Shown one piece after another: positions 26,534-39,393 of a stretch of 64,000 bases of DNA. The position numbers and the translations under genes are program-made. Under the pieces are notes generated by a model that was not told where the DNA came from, did no database searches, and saw only the letters and a list, made by a program, of their open reading frames with translations. The first letter of the stretch is position 1; the number at the start of each line of letters is the position of its first letter. This DNA is from Felis catus (Eukaryota). The stretch spans positions 160,830,001 to 160,894,000 of the forward strand of contig NC_058368.1 in the NCBI RefSeq assembly GCF_018350175.1. The letters run 5' to 3'.

Positions 26534-27114
26534 ATATGTGTGTATATACAGGGGAGAAAGGGAAGGAGAGAAAGAGACAGCAACAAACAAATAATTATTT
26601 GGAGTTTTAGACCTAACATTACTTTTTCCTAAAAACCATCAATCAATGACCAATGAAATACTTGCGTTCATTTGACTAATTTCAAAATTCAAATGTATAT
26701 GACATAATTTTTTCACTGTTACTATCATATCCATAAGGATGCCTAGCATATAATAAGCACTTAAAATATATGTATTAAATGAATAAAGAAATGAATAAGG
26801 TAAAAAGAATAAATTTAGGCAATATCAACAAATTGATAAAGAAAGATTACTAAACATTTTTAAAATGTTATGACCTTAAAATGACTGAATAAACTAAGAT
26901 AACAATCAAAATACTGGCATAGACAAACTTATCAGCTTTAAATCCTGAAGGCAGAGAATGGTCGAAATTTAAGAAATTTGATACCAGATGATCATTACAT
27001 AAAGGAAAATATTGTTAAATAAAGAATTAAATCTGTAGATTTAAAAAGGCACACTGCAGAACAAGAAAAAAATGGTGTAGAAAAATAGTGAGTTATATAG
27101 GTCATATTATTCAG

Positions 27115-27502
27115 CAAAGAATTCCCTTCACTGCTCCCTATATCAAAGAACCACTTTCTGCCCCATTGATGTATGGCCAAGTAATGGCTTTGAGAATATG
27201 AATAGATGTATGGTGGCCTTGTTTACAGTCTAGGCCTAAAGTGATTTTGAGAGATTCTGCAGGTCCTATATAAGCCTATGATTATTGCCTTAGGAATCTA
27301 TGATCCAATATCCAGGGCCCCATTTGCCCGGATCCCAAAATGAGATACACAGAATAAATCCTCCCCAACCGACCAGCAATCAACAGCCTGAGGCAGAGTT
27401 GCCAAAGCCAAACTCAGGTATATGAATGATGCTTATCCTTATATGCCACTGTTTCGTGCAGGTGGTTATATACTGTTACTGTGGCAAGAACTAACTAATA
27501 TT
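27115..27502 (+). mobile_element. MaLR LTR remnant (MLT1-like)
   Basis: 3' end tatgccactg...ggtggttatatactgttactgtggcaagaactaactaata resembles an MLT1 terminus. Confidence 0.65.
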
Positions 27503-27614
27503 AGATATTGCACTTTTGCTTTTAAATTAAAGGAAAACAAAAAGATTCATGAGAAAACAGGCATAAAAAGTAAATCCCTTTAAAAAATCCCTTGTACGAG
27601 AACAAATAAGTACA

Positions 27615-28995
27615 ACTGTACCAAAAAGAATAAAATACCTAGGAATAAACTGAAGCAAAGAGGTAAAAGAGCCACATTCTCAAAACTATAAAACATCTAT
27701 GAAAGAAACTGAAGGTGACACAAACAAATGGAAAGATATCCCATGTTCATGGATGGGAAGAATTAATATTGTTAAAATGTCCATATGGGAAGAATTAATA
27801 TTGTTAAAATGTCCATACTACCCAAAGCAATATATATATAGTCAATGCAATTGCTGTCAAAAGACCAATGTCATTTTTCACTAAACCAGAACAAATAATA
27901 CTAAAATTATAGGAAACCACAAAACACACCACATAGCCAAAGCACTCCTGAAAAAGAACAGAGCTGGAAATGTCACAATTCCAGATTTCATGATATAGTA
28001 CAAAGCTATAGTAAACAAAACAGTATGGTTCTGGCACAAAAATAGACACAGATAAATGGATCAGAGCAGAGAACTCAAAAATAAACTCTCACTTATACAG
28101 TCAATTCATCTGTGACAAAGGAGGCAAGAATTGGGGAAATGACGATCTCTTCAATAAATGGTGCTAGGAAACTTGGCCAGTTCCATGAAAAAGAATGAAA
28201 CTAGACCACTTTTTTACACCATACACAAAAATAAACTCAAAATGGATAAAAGACCTAAATGTGAGACATGAAATCATAAAAACCTAGAAGAGAACACAGG
28301 CAGTAATTTCTCTGACATCAGCCGTAGCAACATTTTTCTAGATATGTCCCCTCAGGCAAGAGAAACAAAAGCAAAAATAAACACTCAACTACACCAAAAT
28401 AAAAACCTTTTGCAAAGTGAAGGAAACCATCAACAAAATGAAAAGACAACCAACTAAATGGGATATTTGTAAATGATATATCCAATAAGGGGTTAATATC
28501 TAAAATATATATATATATATAAAAAAAACCTTATGCAACACTGAAAACAAACAAATGGACAGAGGACATGAATAGACATTTTTCCAAAGAAGATATACAG
28601 ATGCTTCGCAGACTCTTAAAAAGATGCTCAACATCGCTCATCATCAGGGAAATGCATTTCAAAACCTGTCAGAATGGCTAGTATCAAAAGGCCACAAATT
28701 ACAAGGGTGAGCAAGGATATGGAGAAAATGGAACCCTTATGCACTGTTGGAGGGAACGTACACTGGTGAAACCACTATGCAAAACAGTATGGAGTTTTCT
28801 CAAAAAATTAAAAACATAAACACCATATGATTCCGTAATTCCACTATCCTGTATTTACCACCCCCCACACCAAAAATAAAACCACCAATGTGAAAAGATG
28901 TATGCACTCATAGGTTTACTGCAGCATTATTTACAATAGCCAAGGTATGGAAACAACCCAGGTGGACATCAATAGATGAATAATCAAGGAAGACA
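27615..28995 (+). mobile_element. Carnivore L1 ORF2 3' fragment
   Basis: MKETEGDTNKWKDIPCSWMGRINIVKMS; continues to ggaaacaacccaggtggacatcaatagatgaa. Confidence 0.93.
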
Positions 28996-28997
28996 GA

Positions 28998-29173
28998 GTG
29001 CCACAGGGAATAGGAACAACCAGTAGAAGCTGGTGAAGTCCAGGAAATGGTTTCTTCCCTGGAGCCTCCACAAAAAAATGCAGCCCTGCTGACATCTTAG
29101 TTTTAGTCCAATGAGGCTAATTTTGGTCATCTCACCTCCAGAACTGGAAGCTAATAAATCTTTGTTAAGTCAC
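28998..29173 (+). mobile_element. MLT1C/D-like MaLR LTR, 3' part
   Basis: ttccctggagcctcca...gcagccctgctgacatcttagttttagtccaatgagg...cctccagaact...taataaatctttg. Confidence 0.8.
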
Positions 29174-29659
29174 ACACACACAAAGAAGAGCAATTTGGGT
29201 GGTCTCCTCCACATAAATAGCAAATGTCATATGACAATGGAGCAATGTTTGCAAATTTTTCAAAACAATTTTAACACCAATATTATAATCAAATCATTTG
29301 TAAGCTTATTAAAACAACAGTGATGTAATAAAGATGAAACTATTCAAAAAAGGTATACATGAGAAAATCTTGGCGAAAGTGCTTGACTGGATTTCGGCCA
29401 ACAATAAAATCAACCCAAGTAAGATAATTAGGAGTGGAAAGCTGTGGTAAACAAAACAGACAACTGATAATGAGCAATTGGAACGATTTTCACATAACTT
29501 AGGTCCAAACAGGTATTATAGAAAGAAACTATATCTTAAATACCATAACTCTTGAAAAATAAAATGAATATAATTCTCCAATAGGAAGTAGAAAAGCAGA
29601 AGAAAGAGAAATTACAGCAATAAATACAATGTGTACTTTTCTGTCATTGTCCACAATCA

Positions 29660-32450
29660 TGTTATGTTTATTTTCACTCTGTTTTCTGACCCAAGATAAA
29701 ATGTTGGTGAATATTCCATGTGCACCAAAAAAGGAAACATTTTCCACTGTTGGGTGAGGTACTCCATAAATGTCAGTTATATCCATCTGGTTTATGGTGC
29801 TGTCAGTTTTATATTATTTCTCTAGCATTTCTGTCAATTACTACAAGAAGAGTATTGGAAGTCTCAATGAAAACATTGGATTTGTCTCCTCTTTCTATTA
29901 AATCCTTATTTGCTTCATGTATTTTAAAGCCCTTTTGTTAGGTACATGTACATTTTAGATTATAATGTCTTTTTAGTGAATTGACTTTTTTATTATGTAA
30001 TATCCCTTTTATTGTTGAAAATTTTCTTTGATCTATAGTCTGTCATTTGATACAATTTTACTTCTGCCTGAAGAACATTGTATAGCAATTTTAAAAAAAA
30101 GTTTTCTTGCAAAGGATTCTCTTAGTTTTCTTTAATCTGGGAATGTATTCACCTTCCTTCTTAAAAATATTTTCATTGGATATGGATTTCTGGGTTGACA
30201 GTTTATTTCAGCTCTTTAAACATGTTGTGCTACATTTTCCTGGCCGCTATAGTCTTTCAGGAGAACTATACTGTCATTTGCTTTGCTGTTAACTTTAAAA
30301 TTTTCCACTAGCTCCTTTCAGCATTTTTGCTTTGTCTCTAATTTTTAGCAGTTTGATTATGGTAGGTCTTAGTATCAATTTCTTTGTATATTATTGAAGG
30401 AGGTCATGAGAGGACATGACTGCCATTTGACCCCAGAGCTGGACCTGGGCAATCAGAGGATCCTCACCCCCCACTCCTGACTTTGGAATGTATGTCCTAC
30501 CCACCATTTCCATGATAGGAGCCCATTTCAAGTATGCAAACTTGAGAGAGTAATGTGTTACTGAGACCATCTAGACTACGTACATGACCTGAACCCTCTT
30601 AAGGCCTTCCTATGAACTTTTAAGATCCTCATGGGCAGATCTTTTTGTCTTGACCAAAATTATGTTCTGTATGTACTGTAGCCTTGTATGTACTTTTCAT
30701 TCCTTATTAAACCTATCATCTATCACTCTGGAATGGTCCGCCCCTTCCTTCCAACTCTCTGCCCTTCTCGTGTATGGGAGCTGGTTTTGGATTTGACCTG
30801 GGAACTCAGGTTGCCAGTTGTGTATACTGTTTAGGGTTCATTTAATTTTTTGAATCTATGTATTTATGTATTTTGTCAAATTTGGGGGTTTTCTAGGCTT
30901 TTTAAAAATTTTTGACTTTTTTAAAAAATTTTAGTTTCTTATTCAATTTTTTTCTCAGTTTCTATCATGGGTAGTCTCTTAAAGGAATCTGACATACTAT
31001 TTATATTTTTCAATCTTTTTTCTTTTGGTCATTGGATACTTTATTTAGGTTTATCTTTAAGTTCCCAACTCTTACCTTTGTCATCTCCATCCTGTTATTG
31101 AACCCAAAACACTAAAGGAGTTTTCTTTTTTTAAAATTTCCATTTGAATTATAAATAATGTTTCCCTTCTTTATATCACTTATTACATTGCTGAGAATTT
31201 CTATCTTTCCATTCATTTGACAGGTGTTTGTCCTTATTTACTGGAATATTTTTACAAAGTGTTGCTTTCAAGTTTTTCTCAAATAAATGTAACATCTGTG
31301 GTCTCCAATTTGATTCTGTTGGTAATCTTTTTCCATGTGAATTATTTTTCTGACTCTTTTTATGCCAAGCAATTTTGGATCATCTGATTTTCATTTTGAA
31401 TAGTACATTATGAGACTGTGTCTTGTTTAAACCCTATAGAGTATGTTGGCATTTTTGTTGTTTTGACAGAAAATCAACCTAGTTGGTTAAGACTTTAAGT
31501 TCTGTGGGTCATGGCTTTAAGTGTTGTTTTCAAATCTTTGCAGGGTTATTCAGTGCTGTCTCATTGTGCCCTACCCACTGTCTAATCTGGGATCTTGTCA
31601 GTGGTCTATTTCATGGTTCAGTTTCCAATGTCTGTGCATGTTGTTTAGATCACATTCACATATGCACGTCTTAGAGGTGAGTTCAGGAGTCCATATACAA
31701 CCCTAAGGTGTTGCTTTCTAAGTCTGTCTGTCTCCATAATCCCCTTTGCCTACTTGTGGTACCCTGGTGCTTCTTTTTGTTTTTTTGTTTGTTTTTTGTT
31801 TTTGGGTTTTTTTTTTGTTGTTGTTGTTGTTGTTACATTTTGGCCAGAAGTCTGCACCTTCATTTTCCTGGATCTGCTATGAACTCTTCATATCTGTGCT
31901 AGTGATTCAAGAGACAAGATGGAGAAGGAAAAACCACAATAGTGACAGAGATTTGTTTTATCCTAGTGGGACCAGGTCCTCTAATTGGAATAAGTTTCCC
32001 TACCTTAGATTTTCAGATATTCCAGCTGCCCTTTCACTGCTGTTGCTACTTCTACATCATAATCTTGTTTGGGTGCTGACACATAGGAGAACAGAGAAAA
32101 AGTAAACTTTTGAGGATTCCTCCCACTCACTGTGAATGACAGGAGACCCTTTTTCCTCAAACCGAAACTAGAGGGCTTATCTTTGACCACACTTGCTCAG
32201 ACTCCATGCTCACTTCTAGGTTTCAAGCTGCACTAAGTGCAAATCAGGGTATAGCACTAGGGGAAAAGTGCCAAACAACACTCTCTAGTCATATTTTGAA
32301 TTTCCATTTTATTCCTCGATATACCTGCAACTGTTTACTTTTCAGAGCCCTCCAATTAGCTGTTCCATGCATTCTGTCCAGGTTTTATAGCAGTTTACAG
32401 TAGGAGAGATGGTGAAGTATGTTTACTCCACATTATGTGGAACCAGAACT
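29660..32450 (-). mobile_element. Ancient L1 (ORF2 start, ORF1 and 5' region) interrupted by an LTR
   Basis: Minus ORF MDITDIYGVPHPT...FFGAHGIFT (endonuclease-like); antisense ORF1-like ttggatatggatttctgggttgacag. Confidence 0.7.
30395..30822 (+). mobile_element. Solo LTR, probably a carnivore ERV1-class LTR
   Basis: More GC-rich block of about 430 bp starting TGAAGG, with an ATTAAA signal near 30707, cleanly interrupting the L1. Confidence 0.65.
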
Positions 32451-32887
32451 CTTCACCTCATCCATAATATTTTTATTCTATCAAAAAGTATAATCATTAG
32501 TCCTAAAAGGAAGAGGTCACTGAACTTGGATTTTCAGAATAACACATTTTCAGGGCTCTCTAAAACTTGATGTGTTAAATCGTTATTCATTTTTTAGTCT
32601 ATTTTTTTCACTGTAAGCATATGAAAAATTAGTCATAGTTCAAGATTTTTCAACTAACCAGTCTCCGTATACCTTAGAACTTCCTTTCTTCAGCAGAAAA
32701 ATGAATGAGCCAGAGAAAAATATTCTACTATATTTCTTTCAATCCAAATAATTTTATTTAAAATTCAATTTAAGTAAACCTATAATCCCCATATTTTAGT
32801 CTTTATTACTTCTCTATGGCATATTAAGCTTGGATCTTTTTTTCTTGATAAAAATATATCCAGTTCCATATTAAAATTATCTTATTC

Positions 32888-33095
32888 ACTTAATGTGCTG
32901 AGGCCAAATGACTCTGATTCATGAGAGCATTTTGTGTACATGTCTCTTCCTAACTCCACATTCACTGATGATATCTTAGTAGTTTGGATTCAGCCACAGT
33001 AGAAATATTTGATTAACACAAATTATCAAATGGTATAAGTTGGATCTTCTCCCCACCCCATAACTAGTTATTAAACATTTACCAAAACAACTCTG
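32888..33095 (+). mobile_element. MER63-like hAT DNA transposon
   Basis: tctcttcctaactccacattcactgatg...ttattaaacatttaccaaaacaactctg matches my recall of the MER63 consensus. Confidence 0.7.
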
Positions 33096-33666
33096 CTTAT
33101 ACTTCTCAAGAATAGAAATTTGTACTTCATAGAAAAATTATTTTATAGAATATTTCAAAGATTTCAAAGGTTATCAAAAGGTAGATTAGAACATAGTTCT
33201 ATCATATATTAGATATATTAGTTCTTCTCGCAATACAATCTACTGTCACAGAATTTGGCTGTTATTGTTGAAACAATGCCTAGTATTTTCTGACACCCTG
33301 TAAGATTTTGATTACAAATAAATTAAAATTGTACAAATAAATTGTACCTTACAAAGCCAAAACCATGGCTATTTTCTCAAAGACTCTATTCATTAGTCTA
33401 GGAGTAAGGCTTGCAAATATTGCCTATAGACCCTATAGATAGAGCTTATATGGTATATCCAACTATAAATTTAACTGAATTGGAGAAATTATTTGCACAT
33501 CTGTAGCAAATTTCTTTCCAACTAACATTTGAGCAGAAGAGCTTGTGAACATAGTTTATTAGAATCACTTTGAGGGAAAGTAATCTTTTGCTTTTAAGAA
33601 TCCCTCTTCTAGTTACAGTTACCAAGACATGTTTCCCCTTGCTGTGGTTAGAAGTTAAATGGAGGA

Positions 33667-33883
33667 GGGGTGCCTGGGTGGCTCAGTCAGTTAAGCATCT
33701 GACTTCGGCTCAGGTCATGATCTCCTGCTCTGTGAGTTCGAGCCCCGCGTCGGGCTCTGTGCTGACAGCTCAGAGCCTGGAGCCTGCTTCAGATTCTGTG
33801 TCTCCCTCTCTCTCTGGCCCTCCCCTGTTCATGCTCTGTCTCTGTCTCAAAAATAAATAAACGTTAAAAAAATAAAAAAAAAA
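33667..33883 (+). mobile_element. Felid CanSINE
   Basis: Perfect 17-bp TSD agaagttaaatggagga at 33650-33666 and 33884-33900. Confidence 0.96.
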
Positions 33884-34933
33884 AGAAGTTAAATGGAGGA
33901 AGGCAAGAGGGTGGTGCATAATAGTCTTGTATTAAGAAGCAGGGAGTGATGAATAGCTCTCATCCAACACACATTTGCCCTGGTGATTTTATCATTGTAC
34001 TACAATTAAGTTATGGTCCTCATGTTGAAGAGTCAAAAACCAAATTTCATCAAACAAGTATGGGCCTTCTACCTGGGGAATGGTTCACATAAGTGAACCT
34101 GAAGATTGGCATATGAAAACAGAATACTAACCATATTTTACCAAAGTACCTGAACCCAGCTATACAAATAGGCAGAGCTACATGGAATGCCAAATCATAA
34201 TCAGAAAATTATTAATTTTAATCAAATGCATTTACAATGGCATCAGTTCTGGGAGTCTAATCTGTTCATCTCTGCAACAGGACTTACGTATTCACTGAAG
34301 CTATAATTACTGCTATCAGTGGATGAGATAACCTGGGCTGGCTCCACTAAGCTTATTCTGGAATCCATCATCCAAAATCTATTGGCTAAGGCTGTTACTA
34401 GGACTCATCTGATCTGACAACTTAATCTGATATTCATATTGAAGCATTCTCTTCTTTATATTAATGGGTTTTTTTTTAAATCACATTTTATATTTATTCA
34501 GAGTAAAATGAAAGTATTCCCACATACACTTACACATGTTTAAATTCTTAGGGAGAAGTAACAAGCCAATTTATAATGAGAGGTTTTCTAATTTTTTTTA
34601 ATGAATGATGTCAAAATAAGTTTGTAAGCAGAACACTGCTGATTATGTGACTCGTATAAAGAAAATACTGTAATATGCTTATTTATATTTCTCTCACCCC
34701 TACCTCTAAAAGCATTTGATGCAGTTAATAGGTAGAAATAGAGCAAAATAGAATATTCACCAAAATAAAACAATCATCTTTGGTAATGTAATAGTTGTGA
34801 TTGTATGGACTCATTTTTGCTGCTGAACATAGAAAGGTAATGAGATTAAAATTTTATTTATTTTTTCTAAGTTTTTATTTAAATGAGATTAATTTTTTAA
34901 AAAATACACCAAAGCTCAAAAGACAATACTCAA

Positions 34934-35160
34934 GGGGTGCCTGGGTGGCTCAGTCAGTTGAGCGTCCAACTTCGGCTCGGGTCATGATCTCACAGTTCAT
35001 GAGTTCGAGCCCCACATCGGGCTCTGTGCTGACAGCTCAGAGGCCGGAGCCTGCTTCGAATTCTGTGTTTCCCTCTCTCTGCTCGTCCCTTACTCATCCT
35101 CTGTCTCTCTCTCCTTCAAAAATAACTAAAACATTAAAAAAGTTAAAAAAAAAAAAACAA
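34934..35160 (+). mobile_element. Felid CanSINE
   Basis: TSD caaaagacaatactcaag / caaaggacaacactcaag. Confidence 0.95.
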
Positions 35161-37039
35161 CAAAGGACAACACTCAAGTGCCAGAAATAAATTCTACCAA
35201 ATAAACACTGCTCACTAGTTGAGGAAATGATAAAGGAAGCTTGATGCCTGGCTGGTACTGAAAAGGAAAGAATGTTATTTGGTAGTAAAGGACTTACTTT
35301 TCTTAGTAAAGATAACATGATTAATCACTTAATATATATTATTGACCACAGGCTGAAAGGACCTCTTATAAAAACCCAGATCTTATTCCTTTTCAGATTA
35401 CACGTGGTTAACATGGACAGAAATTGCTTGAATTTTTATAAAACTTTACTGAAAAACATAAGAAATAGCTTACAAATATTTGTGAAAGACATTTTTCTAC
35501 ACTTTACTCTCAGTAGTATACTTCCTGATTTCCAAATACACATTGGGCAACAATTCAATTCTTTTGCATTAAGGACTATAGACAACCCAAGTGAAGATGA
35601 AGGAATTCTCATTGCTCTGTCTCTAATGTCAACTAAGACAACTTCACATTTAAGGTCTTTCCTTGATATATTCTATTTTCAAATATCAATTTCTGCGAGC
35701 AAAACCCAAATTAAACTACCTTAACCAATAAATGTGAATATATTACTTCATACAACTGGGAACTAAGAGATTTGTGGTTACAGCAAGCTTCAATCATGAA
35801 TGGACCTATTTACTTAAATTAATCTCAGGCCTTTGATTCTTTCCTCTTTCTTGACTCCAGTAGTCTTTGTTTAGTTTGATTCTTCAAGGATGATCTCACT
35901 ACTTGTTGAGTGATCTGACCACTAACTTACACCTCAGTAGTCTCAGAGTCTAACATCCTTCTTAGGAATCTATCTTTCCTGACAGCTCAGACACATCACG
36001 TATAGGAAGATTTTCTCAGCGTGGGCTTCACCTTAATTTATGAAATAATCAATTGACAAGATGATGAGGTTCTTTTGTTGCTCTGACCTGTGACATAGGC
36101 CTAGCCTCTCTGTTCAAGATATGAATTTGCTTCATCTAAGCTGTGTTCCCCTCAGGCAGAGAGGTATGGAAACAGATAAATCATCTGATATTCACTAGAG
36201 GTTCCTTTCCAAAGGTATTTTCCATTTGCCCCATTAGATCCATTCCCTACTCTCTATAAGAAGCAAACCAGGACAGAATAAATCAATGAGCACCCTTTTC
36301 TCTGTTTTGTTTTGTTTTGTTTTTCCCAAGCACCAGGCCCCTTAGTACTGGATCTGAGGAAGGAAGAGAATGATGCTGATTATTTTGCCAGATCCTCCAT
36401 GTGGAGTCACTTCAGGCTAACTGCATCAGTCACCTCAAGGTCACAGCTTTTCTCATGGTACACTTTTCTCCATTAGTCACTCTTTTCAACTTTACTCACA
36501 TCTGATGGTGTTATTTGCTTCCTCTTGAAAACCCTATTGACAGAATATGTTTGTTTCACTGGTCTTCATTGGTTTTATGTTTTACTGCTTCTTAATTAAT
36601 TAATCTTTATTATCCCCCCCTTTCATTCTGATCAATTTTATCATTAATTTGCTGGCAGAGTAGTGGAATGCTTGCTTTCTGTATTTGTTTTAATCCTTCT
36701 ATGTATCTGGATTTGTTTTTCTAATCTCACAATTACTTGGACTACCAGTACCCTTAAGGTAACGTTTTCTTGAAAGATAGCAGCAATTATTCTTCAAATT
36801 CTTGACTTTTTCTAATCACAGTTCTGTTGTATTATCTACATAAGTAGATAAGAATCAAATACCTTTGCAAAACTGTGTCAAAATTAAAATATTTAAAGAG
36901 CACAAACCACTGACCTCAAATGTAATTCCCTATGTGTACATAATATTACAACTTAAGAACTATTCCATAATCAAATCAAAGTCTGATACATAAGATCAAA
37001 CTCAAGGAACTCCATGAGGAATAAGTAAGTGTCATTACG

Positions 37040-38890
37040 TTCCAAGTCCAATAAGTCTTGCTCTCATGGCTTCTACTTCTGATTTATAGCTTCCTTTTTA
37101 GCCCACATGCATGAGCTCATGAGGAACTCCCTATAATCAGTAGACTAAAGGAAAACAAAGCTGAACTTTTCCCCACCTACAGATAGAAAATAGCAACAAA
37201 ATAGAAAGACATCCTTAAGCACTAGTGCTGAAGGAGAATCTCAGTAGACAAAAGTTCAAAAAAGATGGCCATAATCATCTACAATGATCTATAAGCCACT
37301 ACCCACTTGCTGGTTGGATGCCATGGAGTAGGAAAAAACACAATTCATAAATTAGTGATAAGAGTTTTGGGGAGGAGATAAGCAAAAGGACATCCTAGTA
37401 TAGGCAGAAATCATAACCACAACAGAGAAAGCTCTAAATATCCAGATAGAAAAGATGAATGTTTGTAGCCTCTCTTCCCAGAAACCTCTTCGGTTTCTCA
37501 GTGGCCTCTTGAATAAAGTGGCCATGGTGACAGGAAGTTAGTTGTAGACTTTAAAATGTAGTACTTCCTTTATCCAAGAGTTAACTTATCTAGAGCTCAC
37601 TTGCCAGTAGTTGTGATTAGCTATAAGCTCCTAACATGACACCATTTCCCTGGGACAAACCTGTCACTTGATACCAGGTCTATTAACTTCCATAGGAGGT
37701 TGATTATCTTGTATACTTTCATGTTAGAAATAACAGCATCTGCATTCCCTAGAACAAATATTCATTCTGGGTAGAGACCTGCTTTTCCTGCCTCATCTAA
37801 TGCTCTATTCATGATCATATACCATCATTTACTCTAAGCCCCGTCATACACAACAACCTTAAAGATATTAAAGAGTTGAGGGATATTTGAAGAAGAGAAT
37901 CAGCAGGATAAACACTTAGCATGACTGGGCAATGTCCTCTTGGATGTGTTATATGCTCTGTACTAGTGACCAGTAGGATAATGTTCTTTATCTCAGCAAT
38001 TGTTCATATCACAAACTTAATTTCCCATCAGCAGAAGTTTTGTATCCTATCTTCACAACATTGGGCTATGATGATCTGGAGTCATGGTTACTAAAGAGGA
38101 AGGATATTTGAACTAAGGGACTCAAGATTGATTCCATTTAACCAGAAGCTACACATTTTATTTTCCTTCTGTCACTTGAACATTAGGTAAAGAGAAGAGA
38201 TTTACTCTATTAGCTGAGTTGATTTGTCTTAATTGGAGTTCTATTATTCAATGGAGGCAGAGAGAAATAGGCCTGGAATCTAGGAGATTCTCTTACTACA
38301 TCTGTGTTTTCTGGTTAAAAAAAAAGTAATGAAAAATGGAACTACTTCACACAGGGAACACTACCTAGAACACATGATCTTTTGGCAATTAATTTGAGGA
38401 TGCACCAGGCAAAGAATTATGATTGGCTATTGTGCTAGTTGAAGAGGAGGGAATGTGGATAGCAGTGAAAAGGGAAGTTTTAATTGCCAACTAGGACAAT
38501 ACAACTTTTTCCAAAGGGAAGGACTGTAGTGATTATGCATATCTTTTTCTTTGTATTTATGTACATGTAACTTTGTAAAAAATAACAAATCCATTTTTTC
38601 ATCTTTCTCCCTGTGGTTCTTATATTATCTAATGTACATGGTATCACTAGAGATTGAATTTATATTTTAAAGTTTCAAGATACCAAAGAGGGATAGTGAA
38701 TGAGCTGGAAAAGAAATGAACATTATCCAGAGATTAATAAATAAAATGGCATATGGGATTTTCTATTTCCCTTTGTTGGAAGAAGATGATTATGCCTTTG
38801 ACTATACATGGATAGTTCTGACAAGTTATGCAAAACATTATACTGTTACTTTTGGTCAGGTGTTAAATATGCATAAAATGGGTGTGGATA
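37040..38890 (+). mobile_element. Ancient ERVL-class internal region (RNaseH/integrase relic plus 3' untranslated part)
   Basis: 37502 translates WPLE*SGHGDR (ERVL WAHEQSGHGGR). 37636-37680 resembles YGTIPRGDQPATWWQVD and 37749-37791 resembles GIDTYSGYGFAFPA. Confidence 0.75.
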
Positions 38891-39393
38891 GATGGTAATT
38901 TCACAAATATGTGCATAATACAGGACCATCTGGGGTCAATTAGGCACCATTTTCACCTGCGAAATAGAAACTACATTTCCCAGAATCCTCTTCACTATAT
39001 GATTATTGGATAAGATTTCCCTACGAGAGGGAAGGCTGGGGTGAAGGGGAAGCAATTATTCCCAGGCAAAGATGAAGTTCACCAAAGTACTCTGACAAGT
39101 TCTTGAAAACCACCCTCTTCTCTGGAACAGACTGAACATTTTGTGGGAGCCTCTCAAAAGTCCTCAAGGAATGTAGCAGCTTGTGGGAAGACACCTGAGG
39201 AACTCTGGTTTAGTTCCTCAGGTAAGAAAAACCTCAATGTCAACTTTTTGTGAATTCTGTGGCATAACCCTGAAAAACTGGTGGAAAAATTCCCTAAATT
39301 TCACTCCTCAAGCAACTGCAAAGTCAGGTAAAGGCCTCATTCTATAGTCAATGTAGAGTGGCTTGTGTTTTCCTGGCTGAATACAGACTGAAA
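38890..39393 (+). mobile_element. ERVL-class 3' LTR (LTR33/LTR41-like)
   Basis: aaactacatttcccagaatcc motif; terminus tagagtggcttgtgttttcctggctgaatacagactga; purine-rich tract just upstream. Confidence 0.6.

Noticed and set aside
33667..33760. tRNA-like A/B box heads, here and in the other SINEs
   Set aside because: CanSINE heads with (CT)n, A tails and TSDs, not tRNA genes.
34282..34403. Minus-strand GTAAGT donor with a 39-codon open frame
   Set aside because: No convincing acceptor or polypyrimidine tract, and the peptide is unrecognised.
35272..35724. 150-aa ORF in apparently unique DNA
   Set aside because: Residue composition reflects AT-rich codons, no recognisable motif or clear splice context; likely chance.
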